A stretch of DNA of 64,000 nucleotides, taken from contig CM082584.2 of NCBI GenBank assembly GCA_040954595.2, positions 3,193,344-3,257,343 of the forward strand, in the 5' to 3' direction. The first letter of the stretch is position 1. Each line of letters opens with the position of its first letter. Below are positions 61,056 to 64,000 of the stretch, in pieces. The DNA is from Balanoglossus misakiensis (Eukaryota > Animalia > Hemichordata). The notes under the pieces are model-generated. The model searched no databases and was not told the DNA's origin. It worked only from the letters and a program-made list of their open reading frames with translations. Made by a program: the position numbers and the translations under genes.

Positions 61056-61774
61056 TTAATGGGAGCTGTATGCACATGGGTAATTATAAATTCCACAACT
61101 CTGTTTTTAATGTGCTATTTTATTGCATGAAATGTAGCATTTTTACAATTTATCTTGTATTATTTATTATATTTGTCTGGGCATTTTTGCAATATTGTGT
61201 TGTTTTACATGTTATCTATTTCTGGTTATGTGTTAGGCTGCATTCACAATCACCTCTGGAGGGGGGGGCAGGAGAATTGAGGGGGGGGATTTGAAAAAAT
61301 TGAGGGTATGTAAGGGGGGGGATTTGAAATAATTTAGGGACTGAAAGGGGGGGACTTGAAAACTTTAACGACTAAATATTTATTTTGAGTCCACAAAAAT
61401 GCAGTTTCGCGCCCTTTATTTTACAAAATTTTCTAATGTGGGAGGGGGACACCCCCTCCCACACCCACCCCCTCCATTCATCAACACCTTTCAATCATTT
61501 ACTGGTTTATCTAGTGTCCCAGGTCAGGCGACTTGCCCCACCCCATGATAACTTTGAGCGGCGACGGTTAAATTTGTCCTCCCCAACATACCAGTAGTTG
61601 AGTTAATTTGCTTTTGCCGGGTTCATTAAAATGCAGCTTTGAGCTCTGTATTTTAGAAAATTTTCTTACGTGGGAGGGGGACACCCCCTCCCAAACCCAC
61701 CCCCTTCAATTCTCGGTTTACAATGTCTCCCAACACAGAATACAAATATATGCCGCTACTTATGAAAGTCGTGT

Positions 61775-62350
61775 ATACTGGTTTATGTCCAACAAATACC
61801 ACACCTCTAGCCCTATTGGTTCACCTGGAATTAGTTATGCACATAATAAATGAGTTAGGCAGATGTCACAGGTGACCCCAATATTTTGCTTTTCATTAAG
61901 GTCCTAACCCTCCAAACGCTTAGGCTGTACCTGCTCTGGATGCTGAGATATGCAAAAGTAGGTCAAAGGTCACCCAAGGTCACCCAAAATTTGGGAAAAA
62001 AATTTGACCCCATACTGGTCCATCTCCAACAAAAACCAGACCTGTAGCCCTATTGGTTTGCCTGGCATTGGGTATGCACATAATTAATGAATTAAGCAGG
62101 TGTCACAAGTGGCTTCTTATTTTGGTTCCATCCACCCAAACACCTAAGCTGTACCTGCTCTGGATGCCGAGATATGCGAAAGTAGGTCAAAGGTCACCCA
62201 TAATTTGGAGGAGAAAAAAATTGACCCTATACTGGTCCATATCCAACAAAAACCAGACCTGTAGTCCTTATCGGTTAGCCTGGAATTAGGTATGCACATA
62301 ATTAGTGAGTTAAGCAGGTGTCACAGGTGACCCTTAAATTTGGGTTCTTA
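61775..62350 (+). repeat. Diverged fragment related to the HINE-like A/B/C family
   Basis: ctagccctattggttcacctggaattag..ctgctctggatgctgagatatgc.aaagtaggtcaaaggtcacc subrepeats resemble 52430-52800. Confidence 0.7.
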
Positions 62351-63104
62351 TTTTGGTCCTGTGCTACACACTGGCCAATAATAGGACTATTGCACTGACC
62401 AGAATTCTACAAAACGATGTGGCCATAAGTGGTATAAGTATAGGTATAGATTTCATAAAAAAATAATATAAAACAGTCGGTCGATTTTTCATATTATTTT
62501 TTTCAGTTGGAACTGATTGTCGGAAGGTAGGCTGGCTGCACAAAAAATTGAAGCTGATCAGCCCAGCGGATGTTGAGATATTGGGCATAAATCAAACATC
62601 CTAGGTGGCCATAGCTTAACAATGGAAAGTATATGGTCCAATGGTCATAAAAAATATGAAAAATAATGCTTTAAAAATCATCTTCTCAAAATCTACAAGG
62701 ACTTGGACATTGAAATTTGGCATATAGGACCCTGGCCATATGGTCCACAAAGTTTGCTCACAGAATTTTGATTCGTCATTTTTATGCAAATGAGACCAAT
62801 TTAAAAGTTTAAATCCAAGATGGCTGCCAGGTCATGTGACCTGTTGCCATAGTGACATGATCAGAAAATTACTTGCTTTGAGTTTTACACATACGAAACA
62901 TTTTATTTATCTTTGCTTATTTTTAATATCGAAATAAAACGAACAATTGAACTGAATTTTGTCGCCCTAAGAGGACTTTGTTTACAAGTTTAAAATAGTT
63001 CCGTTTGGTGACGTCAGAGGGATGGGTATTACAATAATGCTCGGTGCAAATTTACCTACGTCTGACGTCATACTATGGTATATGCGGAGCTATGTATGTG
63101 ATAA

Positions 63105-64000
63105 GTTGTTGTATGGTTATCGAAGGAAGGCGGTTACAGGACACACTCGTAGATGAAGTACACTGCACTGTTTGAGTGTTGACGGCTAGTCTGTGTTAAA
63201 TTTGGCAGTTCAGCGTAACTTCAACACTAAATAAACAACTAGCAGAAAAGTCTTCAAACTTCTAAATTTCTGGAAATGTTTTATTTGGTATTGTTATGAA
63301 ACAATTTTCGTTTATGAAGAATCAAATCTCAGCGACGCACGATAGCTTCTGATGAATGCGAAGACCCGTCAGCTGACAAGCAAATGCAGTCAAAACATAA
63401 CATTCAACATTGAAAACGGAACCGCGAGATGCATCGTGTGTCTGTCCTGTCACCTCGTCTGAGAAAACAATAACATTCTCGAGAGATAATAACACGAAAT
63501 CCAAAGTATCGTGATAACATTTCTTCATTTCTCCGATTCTATTTGGCTGCCGTGTAAACATTGCGTCCGTTTGACACTGACACAAACGTAGCATAACTCA
63601 GAGGTCAATATTTCGATTAAAAACAATGATTTTAACACTAACCTTCCTGTTCCACGATGTCTGCGGTTACTATGGCGCTCAAATCTCACGATATGTGCAA
63701 TTCTAAAGCCAACTGGGGTATTATTCCTGTCGTTTTAGCCACGAAAACTGGGCAGACGACACGACGCGAAACAGCTCGTTCACACTCAGTTGACATCGTG
63801 TGATTTCAGAGCGCGCGCAAACATACGAAAAATTGCTACAATGTTGTACGTAAATTAACTTGCGTTGGGTTTCGAGTGAAGTTTTTTACCTCACCAGACT
63901 CACCGGGTAACAAGGTTTTAAATAGTGTTAACAATACCCGTGGTCTTTTTGTGAATATGTAGAAAATCTCCAACAAAAGCGTTGAAATGTCGGCAATTTT
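63105..64000 (-). repeat. Inverted partial copy of the 1.6-kb element, running off the window
   Basis: Reverse complement of ~46810-47700, with the same short ORF (EMKKCYHDTLDFVLL...HQKLSCVAEI) on the minus strand. Confidence 0.92.

Overview
Eukaryotic, intron-containing and AT-rich DNA. Gene and repeat content suggest a marine invertebrate, possibly a deuterostome (inference only). From left to right: (1) a tandem array of HSDL2-like SDR genes ending in peroxisomal -SKL (3' end of one apparently intact copy, then two pseudogenes); (2) a defective DIRS1-type tyrosine-recombinase retrotransposon (9200-16266, minus strand) whose left terminus is split by a ~2-kb non-coding insertion with asymmetric ends; (3) a frameshifted 4-exon HD-domain (COG4339-like) gene; (4) an intact 4-exon fibrinogen-related gene; (5) a somatostatin/allatostatin-C-receptor-like GPCR; (6) a disabled ERCC8/CSA gene with a 146-bp tandem array in one intron; (7) a ~18-kb nest of DNA transposons. 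That nest holds a ~1.6-kb trimer, Kolobok-like MITEs, Helentron/HINE-like elements and a PIF/Harbinger element whose MADF-BESS gene and transposase gene are interleaved on opposite strands. No rRNA, tRNA or CRISPR array was found. All calls are by eye; no database searches were run.
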